The notes beneath the pieces are model-generated. The model had not been told where the DNA came from and made no database searches. It saw nothing but the letters and a program-made list of their open reading frames with translations. The translations under genes and the position numbers were made by a program. A stretch of 64,000 nucleotides of DNA from a virus (Duplodnaviria > Caudoviricetes): positions 4,832 to 68,831 of IMG/VR virus record IMGVR_UViG_3300034102_001642. One strand, written 5' to 3'. Every line of letters starts with the position of its first letter. The first letter of the stretch is position 1. Shown in pieces: positions 18,478 through 30,300 of the stretch.

Positions 18478-19527
18478 ATGAGTAATGAAACATTAGAAAA
18501 AGCAATCGCAGCAGGCACAACAGCCTCAACTGGTTTTGCATCAACAACTGGAGGAGCAGGAGTACACACAGCGTCTGAAAACGGCAACGGTGGTCTTCTT
18601 AATCCAGAACAATCAGCTCGCTTCCTAGACTATATGTTCGATTCAACCGTAATTGGAAAAGTCGCACGTACAGTTCGAATGAAGTCAGACACAACAGAAA
18701 TTGATCGTATGTCAGTAGGAGAAAAGCTTGTTAAGCTTGCATCCGAAGGAGATAATACAGGTGTTAACTCAGCTGTAACTTTCTCAAAGATCTCTTTAAC
18801 AACAAAGAAGCTACGCATGGACTGGGAGCTTTCAACAGAATCACTAGAAGATAACATCGAGGGTGCAGATCTAGAAGATCACATTGCACGTTTGATGGCG
18901 ACACAAGCAGGAAATGACATCGAAGATGTTATTCTTAACGGTGACGAATCTCTAACAACCGATGCTCTTTACAAATCATTTAATGGTGTTGTAAAGAAAG
19001 CTAAGACCTCTGGTCGTGTAGTAGATGCAGCGGGTGCAGTAATTTCTCGTGCTGTATTCAACTCAGCGCTTAAGGCTCTTCCACGTAAGTACAAGCAACG
19101 TCGTACAGACCTTCGCTTCCTTGCAGGATCAAACTTGATCCAAGATTACTTATACTCTAACTCACAGAACATCCAGAACGTTACTCCACAAGATATTGCC
19201 TCTGGCATTATCCGTGGTGATGTTCCTGTTCTAGGAGGTCCTGCAGGATATGTAGCTCCATACGCATTTGGTATTCCAATCGTTGAAGTTCCACTTCTTC
19301 CAGAGACACAAACTGGTACATACGCAAGCCCATCAGGATCACACGGAGATGTCCACTTGACATTCCCTAACAACGTGGTAATTGGTGTAAAGCGTGACGT
19401 AACAGTTTACCGCTTCTTCTGGCCACGTAAGGACTCAATTGAGTACACAATGTATACTCGTGTTGGCGTTCAAATCGAGCAGGCAGACGCTTGGGTAGTT
19501 GTAAAGAACGTTAAGATAGCTTCCTAA
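18478..19527 (+). CDS. Major capsid protein (HK97 fold)
   Basis: Follows protease; GGLLNPEQ..RF, ELSTESLEDNIEG, EDVILNGD; biased codon usage; terminator downstream. Confidence 0.92.
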   Translation: MSNETLEKAIAAGTTASTGFASTTGGAGVHTASENGNGGLLNPEQSARFLDYMFDSTVIGKVARTVRMKSDTTEIDRMSVGEKLVKLASEGDNTGVNSAVTFSKISLTTKKLRMDWELSTESLEDNIEGADLEDHIARLMATQAGNDIEDVILNGDESLTTDALYKSFNGVVKKAKTSGRVVDAAGAVISRAVFNSALKALPRKYKQRRTDLRFLAGSNLIQDYLYSNSQNIQNVTPQDIASGIIRGDVPVLGGPAGYVAPYAFGIPIVEVPLLPETQTGTYASPSGSHGDVHLTFPNNVVIGVKRDVTVYRFFWPRKDSIEYTMYTRVGVQIEQADAWVVVKNVKIAS

Positions 19528-19543
19528 TTAGGAATTAATCTAA

Positions 19544-19580
19544 GAAAAGCCCCCAATTAATTTTGGGGGCTTTTCATTTT
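19544..19580 (+). terminator. Rho-independent terminator after capsid gene
   Basis: gaaaagccccca-attaattt-tgggggcttttc-atttt. Confidence 0.88.
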
Positions 19581-19626
19581 AATTATACAATGCTATAATG
19601 GTTTTACCTAGAAAAAGGAGTAATAA

Positions 19627-20022
19627 ATGTCTTTTGACACATTAAAGGTCGGAGAGCTAAAAGCAATTGCAGAAGATTTCGCAGTTGAAACAGAAGGACT
19701 TAAGAATAAGCAAGACATAATTGCAGCACTATCAGAAGAGGGTGTTACATACGAAGTGTATACTAAGACACTAAAGGATGTAGAAGATGCAAAAGAGGAA
19801 ATTGAAATCCTCCCAGTATTTGATCCAAAGGCAGAGCGTACAGAAGATACTGTACTAGTTAGAATGACAAGGGCAAACTTTAGGTATGACATTTTGGGCC
19901 ACACGTTCACACAGGAACACCCATTTGTAGCAATGCATAAAGATTCTGCTCAAGAAATTTTTGATATAGAGGAGGGGTTTCGTTTAGCCACACCAAAAGA
20001 AGTACAGGATTATTACGGCTAA
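19627..20022 (+). CDS. Hypothetical head-associated protein (Rho-N/HeH-like N-terminus)
   Basis: LKVGELKAIAEDF......KQDIIAAL; SD AAGGAG; TGCTATAAT at 19591. Confidence 0.6.
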   Translation: MSFDTLKVGELKAIAEDFAVETEGLKNKQDIIAALSEEGVTYEVYTKTLKDVEDAKEEIEILPVFDPKAERTEDTVLVRMTRANFRYDILGHTFTQEHPFVAMHKDSAQEIFDIEEGFRLATPKEVQDYYG

Positions 20023-20037
20023 CCTTAACAACACAAA

Positions 20038-21018
20038 ATGGAAATTATAGTAGGAACAAATGCTCCAGTAAAGCAAAGAGTCTTTTGGAAAGGCGGCATA
20101 TCTAGAGCAGATTCACTTCCAACAGTTAAGTTTTATGACATAACTGAAGACCCAGCAGTTACTCCATCTATTAATCCATTAACTCTTTTACACACACAAA
20201 CAGCAGAAGAAGTAGACACGGACTTTGGAGTATACAGTGTATACCCACCATTGGCTCTTACAAACAGACCTAGATCATTAAAGCTAGTATGGGAATATCA
20301 GGTTGATGGACAGTTAGTAACAAAAGAGCATAAGATTTTTGTTGTAACTCCATACGTAGACTTAACGCAGGCAGCAGATGCATTAGGGTTTGGATTTGAT
20401 CAATCTGACCCAAACTATAAAACATTTGCTGACTTGGTTGCTGCAGAGCGATATGCTAGAAAGTTAATTGAAAACTATACTGGACAGCAGTTCCATTTAT
20501 ATGATGATGTAAATATTGTTTATTCAACTGGTGCAGATGTTTTACCGTTGCCTCAAAAGATTAACCAGTTACACGAGCTTTATTTAAATGACATGCTTTT
20601 GGTTGATACAATTAACAACATTAATAATTTAAATATGCCAGTTTCGGTATCTGAAAGTGGATTTGGGTTAAGAGTTGATAGATCAAACGCTTTAGACAAT
20701 GTGGTATATTACGCAAACGGCATGATTCCTCCAAGCATTAATGATAGTGGAAGAGGTATATTTGTAAACGGCGGAACATACAGGGTTGCTGGTAGATATG
20801 GTTGGCAAAATGTACCAGACGAGGTAGAGCTTGCTTGTATTGAATTAATGAGAGACTTTTTCTCTAAAGATAAAGAGTGGCGAAATAAATACATAAAGAG
20901 TATACAAACATTTGACTGGCAGTTCCAATACGATACATCAGCATTTAGTGGCACAGGAAATAACTATGCAGACCAGCTATTGCTACCATACGTCACAAAC
21001 AAAATGGTAGTTATTTAA
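20038..21018 (+). CDS. Head-to-tail adaptor
   Basis: ARKLIENYTGQQF...GRYGW..VPDEVELACIELM...TGN..AD.LL.PY; position. Confidence 0.75.
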   Translation: MEIIVGTNAPVKQRVFWKGGISRADSLPTVKFYDITEDPAVTPSINPLTLLHTQTAEEVDTDFGVYSVYPPLALTNRPRSLKLVWEYQVDGQLVTKEHKIFVVTPYVDLTQAADALGFGFDQSDPNYKTFADLVAAERYARKLIENYTGQQFHLYDDVNIVYSTGADVLPLPQKINQLHELYLNDMLLVDTINNINNLNMPVSVSESGFGLRVDRSNALDNVVYYANGMIPPSINDSGRGIFVNGGTYRVAGRYGWQNVPDEVELACIELMRDFFSKDKEWRNKYIKSIQTFDWQFQYDTSAFSGTGNNYADQLLLPYVTNKMVVI

Positions 21019-21019
21019 C

Positions 21020-21448
21020 ATGAACAATCTGGTCGATTCTATTTTCAATATGAAAGTAGATATATATATGCAAGAAGACTATCAGGACCCAAATACTGGT
21101 GCTATTAAAAAGTCTTGGATATATGAAAAGACACTCCCTTGTTTTGCAAAAGGAATGATATCTAACTCATCTTCTGCAAGAAGCGGAGACAATAGGTCTA
21201 TATCAATTAAATATGAAAACACTCAAACTATAGAAATTAGAACACAAACACCAATTACGTATAGACAAAAAATAACTAACATTAAAGATTCTTCCAACAA
21301 TGTAATATGGTATGAATTAAATTACCCAAATGATACACCCACAGTCTTTGAGATAGTAAGCTCAACACCAATCACAGATCCGTTTGGAACACTTATGGCA
21401 TACAATTCAATTGCCAAAAGGTCGGAGAACCAGATAATTGGAGACTAA
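21020..21448 (+). CDS. Head-to-tail stopper / head closure protein
   Basis: Position, size and beta-rich pattern. Confidence 0.6.
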   Translation: MNNLVDSIFNMKVDIYMQEDYQDPNTGAIKKSWIYEKTLPCFAKGMISNSSSARSGDNRSISIKYENTQTIEIRTQTPITYRQKITNIKDSSNNVIWYELNYPNDTPTVFEIVSSTPITDPFGTLMAYNSIAKRSENQIIGD

Positions 21449-22232
21449 CGGAGTAGCACTACTACAAGCAGCATCTGGCCTAGAAAGATTCATGGTTGGT
21501 TCATCTGCCGCTGGAGTTATTAAAGACAGTAACGTAGCACAGATATCTGCATTCTTATATTACCAAGCGAATGTAGCAGCAAAGCTTACGTCAAACAAAG
21601 CATTTCAAAGACTTTTTAAAACTACAATATTTAATCAAATAGACAAAGACTTTGGACTATTTATAGACTCTCAAGCACGTACAAAGCCAAAATCATTACA
21701 CCATGTATATGAATGGAATAAAACTGGTCAGACTACTGGTAGATTATTTAAACTAAACAGAATGGATTCAATTGGACTTTCATTTAAAATTAACTATGAT
21801 TTAAAATTATCTAAATCTTCCGTGCCGACAAAAAATAGAAAACAAAAGAGTAGATACGTTTTTGCAAATAAGGCTGCAGTAATGGAAAAAGGCATGCCAA
21901 TTACAATCAGACCAAAATCAGCTGAAAGGCTGGTATTTGAAATTGATGGAGAAGTTGTATTTATGCCAAAGGGCAAGTCAGTTACAGTAAGAAGCCCAGG
22001 CGGTAGAGCATCTACCAATCAATTCAATCTTGCATACAGCAGATATTTTAGTGGGCCTATGGTATCTCATTCTATAAAGGCGTCTGGATTTCAAAATATA
22101 TTTGGATCTAAGTTTGAAAAGGCAATGAGAGTTCCTTCTTCTATATCCAAGGTGCGTTATTCTTTTAGTCCAGGTACAATTAGACTACAGGCGGACTCAG
22201 CATTAACTGAACAATTTGGAGGGGTAGCATAA
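21438..22232 (+). CDS. Neck / tail completion protein (putative)
   Basis: Position; basic protein; TTG start. Confidence 0.5.
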   Translation: METNGVALLQAASGLERFMVGSSAAGVIKDSNVAQISAFLYYQANVAAKLTSNKAFQRLFKTTIFNQIDKDFGLFIDSQARTKPKSLHHVYEWNKTGQTTGRLFKLNRMDSIGLSFKINYDLKLSKSSVPTKNRKQKSRYVFANKAAVMEKGMPITIRPKSAERLVFEIDGEVVFMPKGKSVTVRSPGGRASTNQFNLAYSRYFSGPMVSHSIKASGFQNIFGSKFEKAMRVPSSISKVRYSFSPGTIRLQADSALTEQFGGVA

Positions 22233-22738
22233 TGGTAAACTATAATATAGATGCAATGTATGAAATTAGAAAACACTTGTGGCAAGAACTAATACTAAAC
22301 AGTCTAGTTGATCCTAATTCATATTACAGCGACAACTTAGGCGAAGCAATAATTCCAATTATCCCAGTTCAGCAGGCTCCAGAAATGAGTCAATTTTTAA
22401 GCGGCAAAACCCATATAGTTTATGACAAGATAGGTAGCACCTATGAAGAAAACTGGATGATATGTTGCGAAAAGATATCATTTACAATTTACTCAGTAGA
22501 CCATGCTGAAATAAATGCCATTAGGAATATGATGATGGATGTATTTAGAAGAATGGACGATTCTGCCAGAGACTTAAACAACTCCAAATCTACAGACAAG
22601 ATAATATTCCACAATACAATGATTGTGGACATGTCTCCCACAGAGCCATCTGAGGAGCTAGCAGGCTTCCTGGCAGCAGACATTATATTAGAGGTTAAAT
22701 ACTCTAGAACCGTAGGGGCCAAGGGCAGGTTTGATTAG
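22232..22738 (+). CDS. Tail terminator (putative)
   Basis: Immediately upstream of major tail gene; acidic, 168 aa. Confidence 0.55.
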   Translation: MVNYNIDAMYEIRKHLWQELILNSLVDPNSYYSDNLGEAIIPIIPVQQAPEMSQFLSGKTHIVYDKIGSTYEENWMICCEKISFTIYSVDHAEINAIRNMMMDVFRRMDDSARDLNNSKSTDKIIFHNTMIVDMSPTEPSEELAGFLAADIILEVKYSRTVGAKGRFD

Positions 22739-22861
22739 TTTGCCTTTTGGTTGATTGTAAGATAAAATTATACCAAGAGGAAATGAGCCTAGCCAGCTTG
22801 CTTTAAAGTTTTACAGTAAGTCAATATATATATATTTATTTAATAATGGAGGTTTTAAAAC

Positions 22862-23578
22862 ATGGCAAATCAAATTGCAGGTAATGCTAAGAATATTCTA
22901 GTTGGTGCTTCACCACTATTTATCTCAAACTTAGACGTTACAGCTACAGGATATGTAGAAAATTTTGCACCTGGAGAGCAGGGCTCAACAGCACCAGCTT
23001 TTTCAGCTCCAACAGCTTCAGCTGATGGAAAGTCATACACAGATACTTTGAATGAAGTAACTGCTTCAACAACACCAGCATTCTATTACAGAAACGTTGG
23101 TTACACAAACAACGGTCTTCAGGTTACATACAACCCATCATACGGTTCAGTAACAGTAGATCAGCTTCTTGATACAGCAAAGCTTTTCAAGGAGTCAATG
23201 GAAGTTATGATCGCAACAGAAATGGCAGAAGGAACTCTTGAGAACATTCTTGCAGTATTCGGCCAGAGCTCAGGTACACTTACAGATGGAGCAACAGTAG
23301 ACAAGCTTGGTCTTGCTGGTGGAGCTCTTGGTGAGGCACCAACAGAGCGTCAGCTAGTTGCAGTAGGACAGGCTCCAACATCTGGAGCAGGAGTAACAAA
23401 GGCAGAGCGTGTATACTATGCACGTCGTGTTCTTTCTGTACAACAGTCACAGTTCTCTTTGGCTCGTAACGCAGCATCAACATTCCCAGTTACATTCCGT
23501 TTGCTTCCAGATGGTTCAAAGGCTGGTCAGGAATATGGTTTCATCGTAGACCGTGTTCTAAATAAGACAGGCGCATAA
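22862..23578 (+). CDS. Major tail protein
   Basis: NILVGA...VGYTNNGL...VDQLLD...T.MAE.TLEN...FPVTFRLLP; strong SD; terminator after. Confidence 0.85.
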   Translation: MANQIAGNAKNILVGASPLFISNLDVTATGYVENFAPGEQGSTAPAFSAPTASADGKSYTDTLNEVTASTTPAFYYRNVGYTNNGLQVTYNPSYGSVTVDQLLDTAKLFKESMEVMIATEMAEGTLENILAVFGQSSGTLTDGATVDKLGLAGGALGEAPTERQLVAVGQAPTSGAGVTKAERVYYARRVLSVQQSQFSLARNAASTFPVTFRLLPDGSKAGQEYGFIVDRVLNKTGA

Positions 23579-23597
23579 TTAATTCTTATTAATTAAT

Positions 23598-23627
23598 AAA
23601 ACCCCCCTAAGAAATTAGGGGGGTTTT
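23598..23627 (+). terminator. Rho-independent terminator
   Basis: aaaacccccctaa-gaaa-ttaggggggtttt. Confidence 0.88.
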
Positions 23628-23690
23628 AACATTGTATTGGTAATTCTGATATGATACAATAATTAAGACGAGATCCTAGGAGGATTTAAA

Positions 23691-24023
23691 TTGGCAACAA
23701 CAGTATATGATGTAGAAGAGATTCAACTACAAAATGGCGCAACCGTAAAGTTAAAGCCTTTAACAATTAAAGAGCTTAGAAAATTTATGGCAGCTATTGC
23801 AAAGACGGCAGAAGTAACTACAGAAGATGAGACGCTAACCATCCTAATCGATGCTTGTGCAGTAGCACTAGAGAAGCAGCTTCCAGATTTGGTAAAAGAT
23901 AGAGACGCATTCGAGGACACCCTTGACGTTCCTACAATTAATCGTATCCTTGAAGTTTGCGGTGGAATCAAGATGGACGATCCAAATTTGTTAGCAGCAG
24001 CGGTTCTAGCTGGTCAGAACTAG
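23691..24023 (+). CDS. Tail assembly chaperone (G)
   Basis: Between major tail and tape measure genes; LKPLTIKELRKF; SD GGAGG; own promoter TTGTAT-17-TACAAT at 23632-23660. Confidence 0.8.
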   Translation: MATTVYDVEEIQLQNGATVKLKPLTIKELRKFMAAIAKTAEVTTEDETLTILIDACAVALEKQLPDLVKDRDAFEDTLDVPTINRILEVCGGIKMDDPNLLAAAVLAGQN

Positions 24024-24352
24024 ATCTAGCTGCATTAGAAGGAGAAGTATTTCTAATAGGAAACTATAAGAATTACGAGGAATTGGAAGACAACCTTTCA
24101 ATGCCAGAATTGATTCAAACTTTTAAATCTATGCAAAAGTCTGAATCAGAAAAAAGAAAGTTTTTGGCCGCAATACAAGGCGTAGAACTTGATGACGCCG
24201 AAGAACAAGAAGAAAGCAAGAGCTTTGAAGATGTAAGAAGAAAGGCTCTTGGAATAACTGCAAGTGCATCTGATGTTGTTTCATTACAAGGTCAGTTTGC
24301 TTCAGAAGCAGGGTTTGGTATCGGAGCGGGACTCGGATACAAAAAGGAGTAA
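23984..24352 (+). CDS. Tail assembly chaperone extension (GT) via -1 frameshift
   Basis: Overlapping ORF in the -1 frame; in-frame slippery heptamer A AAT TTG at 23984-23990. Confidence 0.7.
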   Translation, partial: KFVSSSGSSWSELDLAALEGEVFLIGNYKNYEELEDNLSMPELIQTFKSMQKSESEKRKFLAAIQGVELDDAEEQEESKSFEDVRRKALGITASASDVVSLQGQFASEAGFGIGAGLGYKKE

Positions 24353-24356
24353 GTAG

Positions 24357-27300
24357 TTGGCAGATCAAAATATAGTTACCAACATAACTGCGACGGCTAA
24401 TTTTTCTAGTCTAACAGCGCAGTTACAAGCGGTTACTTCTCAACTTCTAAAACTCCAAGCTACAACAATTGGTTTAAATAAAAATTTAACTAGCCAAGTT
24501 GGAGTAATGAATCGTCAGTTTGACGAAACCATGCGCTCCACTGGCCAGTTTGCCAGACACTTTGTAACATTAACTTCAGACGTATCTAAGTTTGGTCAGA
24601 ACCTAGATAGCGGAAGAATGAAGCTAGGACAATATTTTAGAGCCTGGCAAGGACATACACAAAAAACTAGCTCATTAGTTAGAGAGTTAGCCAAGCAACA
24701 AGTAATGCTTGAGAACGCAATCATACAGCCGCTAGGTAAAAACGCTCAAGGATTAATGCAATACAACGTAATGGTTCAATCTGGACTAGACGCAACAAAA
24801 AATAAGTCTGCATTATTAAGACAAGAACTATCTATTATGAACAAGGTAATGATGGATGGATCAAATCAGCTTATTAACTGGGGTAAGAATACACAGTGGG
24901 CTGGTCGTCAGTTAACAGTAGGATTAACTGTACCTTTAGCAGCATTCGGTATGGCTGCAGCAAAAGCATTTAAGGAAGCAGATCAAGAGTTAACTCGTTT
25001 AACAAAGGTTTATGGAGGATTAACTGCAACATCCAGCGCTGATCTTCTTAAGGTTCGTAAAGATGTTATGGCAGTATCAAGAGAATTAGCTTCTGGACTA
25101 GGAGCAAACTTTACAGAGACTATTGCGCTTGCCGCAGATATTGCTGCTACTGGTAAAGAGGGTGCAGACCTAATTGACTCAACAAGACAAACAACAAGAC
25201 TTGCAATTCTTGGTGAAGTAGATAGACAAGAAGCAATGAAAGCAACTCTCGCAATTCAAACCGCATTTGGACAAAACACAATGCAGTTAGCAGAGTCAAT
25301 TGACTTCCTGAACGCCGTTGAAAACCAGACCTCAACAACTCTAGATGATTTAGTAACAGCTATTCCAAAAGCTGGCCCAGTAGTAAAAGCACTTGGCGGA
25401 GATGTAGAAGATCTTGCACTTTATTTAACTGCAATGCGTGAAGGTGGAATTAACGCATCAGAAGGTGCCAACGCATTAAAGTCTGCATTAGCATCTGTAA
25501 TTAACCCAACAAAAGTTGCAAAAGAAATGTTTATGGGATTGGGAATTGATTTAGCTGGGATAGTAGATAAAAATGCTGGCAACTTAACTGGAACAATTAT
25601 GGCACTTAAGGATTCTCTAGACTCACTTGAACCACTACAAAGAGCAAGAGCAATTGAACAATTATTTGGTAAGTTTCAGTTTGCAAGAATTAATGCATTA
25701 TTTGAGAACTTAGGGAAAGAAGGAAGCCAGACCCTACAAGTATTAGACTTAATGAAGGCTAGCACGAAAGATCTTGCTAGTATATCTGAACGAGAATTAA
25801 AGGCACTTACAGAATCAGCATCTGGTAAATACAGAAGAGCACTTGAATCAGTAAAGGCAGAGCTTGCAGTAGTCGGAGAGCAATTCCTAAAAGTTGGAGC
25901 ATTTGTATTAAATGCAATCGATGGAATTTTAAAGTTTATTGGAAACCTTCCAGCACCAATTAAGGCTGTACTAGGATTTATTGGAAGTCTTACAGCAGTT
26001 GCTGGTCCTATTATTATGTTAACTGGTGTACTTGCCAACTTCTTTGGATATATCATTAAAGGAATACTTGCCCTAAAAAACATTGGTAAGGGTGGAACAG
26101 GATTTAAGTTATTAACTCCAGAATTAATGGCAGCTGAGGCTGCTGCAAAAAATGTAGAACAATCATTCTACAGTGACACAAAAGCAGCAGCTACGTTTTC
26201 TGATGCAGTTTTAACACTAGCAGCATCATTTGAAAAACTAAAGCAAAGCGCAATGTCATCTACCGTTGCAACTAGCAACAGTATGTCTACCGTAGCTGGT
26301 AACCCAGTGATGCGAGGCGGGGGAAGAATTGTAGACAAAGATAACCCTCTTGTTGGCAAATCATATTCAAGAGACATGTCCCATGTTATTCCAACTGGAT
26401 CAAAAACTGCAGAACAAAGAGCAAGCGAAACAATATTCTCTACAGTTCCTGGACCTAAGCCAGTAAACCTAAGACTTTCAAATTCACCACAGACATACAT
26501 GAACGATGACCTTCCAAGAATTCCTGGAGTTACTTCAGTTAACGGAGTATCAAATGGAATAGTTGCAGCAGAAGCCGCTAAGTGGCATTCTATGACCGCA
26601 GCTTTGGCAATGCAGTCTAAAGCAGAAATAGCATTACTTAAAACTGAAATTGCTGCTACTGGAACAGTAACAGCATCACTATCAGATTCATATCAAGCAT
26701 TGCTTCCACAAATGACAAAGATAACTTCTTTAGCAGCAGACGAAACAGCATTAATTGTTAAGCAATTACAAGCTGGTAAAATTACAGTAGAGGCAGCTAG
26801 AGCTAAAATATTTGCATTAAATGCACAAGTAGAAGTTATGCTAGCTCAAACAGCGCAAGGTGTAGCTACTGCTCAAGCAAGAAACATAAACTTGGGAATG
26901 GTTCCGCTTACATCTCAACCAGTAGTAGGCGCAGCTGGCAAGTCAAACATGAAAGAGCTTTTCCATAAGTCAGAAACTTCTAAACTGGTAGATTCAATTG
27001 CACGTGGTCTTGGTGTTAGAACATCTGGTGCTGGTTACAGTATTCAAACAACAAAGCCTAGATTTAATGCTGGCGGAAAAATTGAAGACTTTGGTCAAAA
27101 CAAAACTCGGGTAAGCGGTCCTGCATCTATTACATATGACGATAGAATGGGCAGTATTCCATTGGGTGGATATGTATTAAATCAAGCGGCATCGATGGAT
27201 CCAGCAAATGCTAAATTAGTAGCAGCAGCACCATCAACTCATAATAACAGCGGTAGCAATATAACTGCTTTGCTTACACCAAAAGAAACAGTATTTGGTC

Positions 27301-30300
27301 CAGGAATTCAAGACAATCCAGAATTATTAGCAGCAGTAGATGCAGCAAATAACGGAAGACCACTTCCAAGACGTATGGGTGGTGGAAAGATTAATCTTTC
27401 AACATCTAATTATGGAGCAATAAATCCAGCAGTAATGGTTAAAATTTTATCACAATTATTTAAACGCAATCCAAAACTTTCAAGGGAAATGCTTCGAGGC
27501 AGAGATATGTCTTTGTCTGGTGCGGAAGCTAGAGCATATCAGGAAAGTGTTTTTGGAACTGCTCTTAGATCATCATCTAGAGAATTAAGCAGACAATATT
27601 ATTTTGTAGGAAATTGGGGCGGAAGATTAAGGGCAAGTGTCAATACAGCTCTTTCTCATGGTGCTGCTAAAAAGGCTGATATTGTAAGCGATTTAATGCA
27701 TGGATCATCTCAGCAGGCATTGCCTTCACTTACCAGATTTTTACAAGTAAATAAAGTACCTCCAGACAAAATAGCATTACTAACTGATCGTGCTAGAGCA
27801 AACATGGTTTCTGGTTTGTCTGGTACTGGTAAAATTGGGGAAGCAGAATGGTCAAGGCTACAACACAAAGAATATCTTGCAGTAGCTAAAGAGCTTCGTT
27901 TAAGAAAAGAATATCTAGAAAGCTTAAATGTTCCAGGACAAAGAAGAGCCCATTCAACTGACCCAGTTGCTAGAGGAATTCAAGCGGAGACTGCTTTAAA
28001 TCCATATGGTAAAACAGATTTAGAAAAACTTATTGCAGCAAATGATGCCAATGGTACAAGGTATATGGGCTCATATCGTAATTATGGAATAGAAAAAATT
28101 AATGGAGAACCTACCGCATTAGCGCACATGATGCCTAAATTTAGTGGCGGAGGAATGATCGGCAATGTCTTAAAGGGTTTGGCCATGAGAAGAATTGGTG
28201 CAGGATTTGGACCAACTGGAGCTCCTAAGCCAAGTATGTATGAGTCAGCACCATGGGGAGTTAACTCACTTTCAATTGGAATGGCAGAAACATTATTTGC
28301 AAATTCTGGATTAAGAAAAAATACACAAAAATTATTCTATGATAAGTTTGCGGCAGCTATGGCAAAAGAAAAGCCATACGGTTATGTTAAAGATGCAAAG
28401 ACTGGTTCTTTAAAGCACGGGCTTGAGCCAGATGTACTAGATTCAATTATTAGATCAGCAGCTTCAGATCTGATTGGAGATAGAAATGTATTAAGACAAT
28501 TGTCCCCAATAGACAGAGACATATTAAAAAATAAATATTTAAATTGGGATTCAAAACAAAATACTCCAATGACAGCAGAACTTAAAAAGAAAATATTTGA
28601 TATTAGCGGTAATAGAGAAATGGGTGGTCCAGTATCTCCAGGACAAAATTATGTTGTTGGAGAAAAAGGACCAGAAATATTTAGACCACTTCAGAGCGGA
28701 AATATTATTCCTGGATATGAAGTTGGCGGAGTTATTAAATACGGTAAAGACTCATATGGACTTAGTGGAAATCCAGCAAAACGTGCAGAACAGCTTGCAG
28801 AAAAAGCAGCACGTGCTGAAGCAGCTAAATCTTACGGGGGACAAAGATCTTTCCCTTACGCACCAGGATTAAGACTTCCCTTATCAGGAGCAGGCTCATC
28901 TATAGACTCTGCTTTTTCATCAATTGCTTCTTCTCTTAAAGCAGGCTCAAATAAATTAGTAACAAGCACAAGAATGATTAATGATCAGGTATCTTATTCG
29001 ATAAGATCACTTGTAGACGGATCAAGATTATATGCAGACTCCATAACATCATCAGCCAAGTCTATTGGTTCGTCTTACAAACGTGGTGGCTCTGAAATAT
29101 TAATTGCTGGAGCACCAGGAGCATTCCCAGGTGGCAAAGAAGATCGTGCCCAAAGAATGGCTAGTTCATTTAGAACTAATGCTGCATACTCAACAGCAGC
29201 AATCATGCACCCAATACAATACTTAAAGACAAAAGGATTAAATCCAGAATTTGGTCAAGGCGCTGGTGCAAACATGGTTGGAATGATGGGCGGAATGGCA
29301 GCAGGTGGAGCAATAGGTGGAAAGCTTGGCGGTCAAAATGGCGCAATGATGGGTAGCATGGCTGGAATGATGGGCGGCCAAATGCTTCTTCCAAAAATTG
29401 GTGGAATGATTGGGAAACGTGCTGCAGCAAGTGCAGCAACAGCAGGATTAGCTTCCGCAGGATTTGGCGCAACCGCAGCCGCTGCTGCAGGTTTAGTTGC
29501 ACCATTAGCAGCGGTAACAGCAGCAGGTATTGCTGGATACAAAATGTGGAAGCATTATAAAGAAGGACAAGATCTTAATATAGCTTCGTTTGGTTTGACT
29601 GCAGAAGCAGCTAAAAAAGCTGGACTTAGGTTTACAGATTTTGGCGCAAGGATTAAGGATACTATTCAAAATGCAAAAGATATGGCTGATGCAAATAAGT
29701 TAGTTTATGAAAGTATGAAAGACGGCGGAACGCCATTCCAAATGACTACTGCAGAATACACGAAATTAAAGGTTGAAGTTAAAGAAACATTTGGTGAGCA
29801 AATTGATATATTAAACCGCCAGCCTTCAACTAAGGTTCCAGACGCAGTTAGCAGAATTAAAGAACAGTTAGTTGCCGCTGGTATGTCTGCTGAAGAAGCA
29901 ACTAAAAAAATATATACAATGCTTCAGCTTTCAAATAAAAAAGATCAGTCAATCACTGCAACACTTGGCAATGCAGACTTTAAGGCAATTACAGATCCCC
30001 AATCTGCTGCTGTTTCTGCAGTAACTAGCTTTGGAGAAGACACTAAAACTCAGGGCAATAAAGAAAAAGCCGCCCAATTAAATACAGCCCTTACAGCAAC
30101 TGAAACTGCAATTAATGATTTAATTGAAAAAAGAGAAAGACTTGTGGCGAAAGACTTGACTGGTAAAGTAAAATCACTAAGTTTTGCAGAAGCTGAAAAA
30201 ATAGTGATTGATCAAATAAATAATTCAAAAGAAGCTGGAACAGTAATTGATGAAGGAACAATTAGTGCAATGGAAGAAATAAATCCAGGAATTAGAAAAA

